From: an uncultured Acidobacteriota bacterium
Lineage (GTDB): Bacteria; Acidobacteriota; Blastocatellia; RBC074
DNA length: 64,000 nucleotides
Reading direction: 5' to 3'
Assembly: GCA_963796275.1 (NCBI GenBank)
Contig: CAWCKY010000006.1
Span: 1,120,001 to 1,184,000, forward strand
Below are positions 62,982 through 64,000 of this stretch, piece after piece. Position numbers and translations under genes: made by a program. The notes below the pieces were generated by a model. That model did no database searches. It saw only the letters and a list, made by a program, of their open reading frames with translations, and was not told where the DNA came from. Within the stretch, counting starts at the first letter, position 1. Each line of letters starts with the position of its first letter.

Positions 62982-64000
62982 TCAGTTAGCCTTATTATTC
63001 ACTTCAAGTTCGTCCCAAATGCGATGGTGTTTTGTCTCCTTGAGCAGGAGCGAGCCGACGATGAAGGTGATACTCGCGACTATAATCGGGTAGTAGAGTC
63101 CCGCGTAGATGTTCCCCGTCAAAGCGCATGAGACAAGACCGATGGTGGGCAGCAACCCGCCGAAGACTCCGTTGCCGATATGGTAAGGCAACGAGAGCGA
63201 CGTGTACCGCACTTTCGCCGGGAAGGCCTCAACCAGATAAGCAGCAATTGGACCGTAGACCATGCAGACGAAGATCACCTGAATGAAGACTAAGAAAATG
63301 AGAAGCGCTATGTTCGGATTCGTCGCCTCCTTCGCCGGCTCGAGCTTTGGCTGCCCCGTCACCGGATCTAGAATCGACTGGCCCGTCGCTGGATCTTTCG
63401 CGGATGTCTGCGGTGTCAGCTTGTAATCGAGTGGATTCTTTCCCTTCGTTGAGCTCAGTGCCACTACGTCATTGCCCGCCGCCTCAGTCATCGCCTGGTA
63501 GATCGGTAAATAAAAGATCACTCCGAGCAGACAACCGGCCATCATGATTTTCTTTCGTCCGATCTTGTCTGAGAGCGCGCCAAAGACCGTGAAGAACGGT
63601 GTTCCCAAGAGCACCGCAATGGCGATAATCATGCTGGCCGTGGCCGGTGGCACCTTGAGGATCGTTTGCATATAGTAGAGCGCATAAAACTGCCCGGTGT
63701 ACCAGACCACTCCTTGCCCAGCGGTAGCGCCGAAGAGCGAGATCAGCACGCGCTTGAGGTTATCCCATTTGGTGAATGCTTCCTTCAATGGCTTGGCCGA
63801 AGTCATTCCCGCTACCTTGATATGCTGGAAGATCGGCGATTCTTTCATCCTCAGCCGGATATAGAGAGACATCGCAACCAGAAAGATTGAGAGAATGAAC
63901 GGAATGCGCCAGCCCCATGCGGAGAAGTCCTCTTTGCTCAGCATATTCTGTATGCCGAGGATAACAACCAGGGATATGAAGAGCCCGGCTGTCGCTGTGA
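62982..64000 (-). CDS. MFS transporter (MHS family), 5' end outside window
   Basis: WGWRIPFILS, MKESPIF, LSDKIGRK, EAFPAKVRYTSLSLPYHIGNG. Confidence 0.9.
   Translation of the reverse strand, partial: TATAGLFISLVVILGIQNMLSKEDFSAWGWRIPFILSIFLVAMSLYIRLRMKESPIFQHIKVAGMTSAKPLKEAFTKWDNLKRVLISLFGATAGQGVVWYTGQFYALYYMQTILKVPPATASMIIAIAVLLGTPFFTVFGALSDKIGRKKIMMAGCLLGVIFYLPIYQAMTEAAGNDVVALSSTKGKNPLDYKLTPQTSAKDPATGQSILDPVTGQPKLEPAKEATNPNIALLIFLVFIQVIFVCMVYGPIAAYLVEAFPAKVRYTSLSLPYHIGNGVFGGLLPTIGLVSCALTGNIYAGLYYPIIVASITFIVGSLLLKETKHHRIWDELEVNNKAN

Overview
Chromosomal window of a GC-rich diderm bacterium, most consistent with Acidobacteriota (Blastocatellia-like; inferred from Oar-type TonB receptors, DUF1549/DUF1553 plus DUF1501, kinase-TPR proteins and gene order). 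It holds about 46 protein genes: a partial secretin/pseudopilin/PilM cluster, an orphan RskA-like anti-sigma, two TonB-dependent receptors, three Tat-exported Gfo/Idh/MocA oxidoreductases, a TetR unit, a two-component pair, rimP-nusA-infB-rbfA-nrnA, tal/gntK, argC-argB-GGCT-argD, ccsA-like/hemA, nfeD-flotillin, a pectate lyase, an alpha-amylase and a partial MFS gene. I saw no rRNA, tRNA, CRISPR array, transposase or phage gene. The most striking unexplained pattern is that many intergenic regions carry an imperfect hairpin built from 7-, 8- or 9-nt periodic units of several sequence families. One is flanked by an 11-bp direct repeat, and related periodic DNA sits in frame inside the DUF1553 gene, argC and nusA. 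Other highlights are a probable pseudokinase, an uncalled sigma54-linked 50-aa membrane protein, sigma54-linked tandem beta-barrel paralogues and a SigW-like promoter before nfeD-flotillin. Two genes carry single-base homopolymer frameshifts that are probably assembly errors. All calls are by eye; no searches were run.
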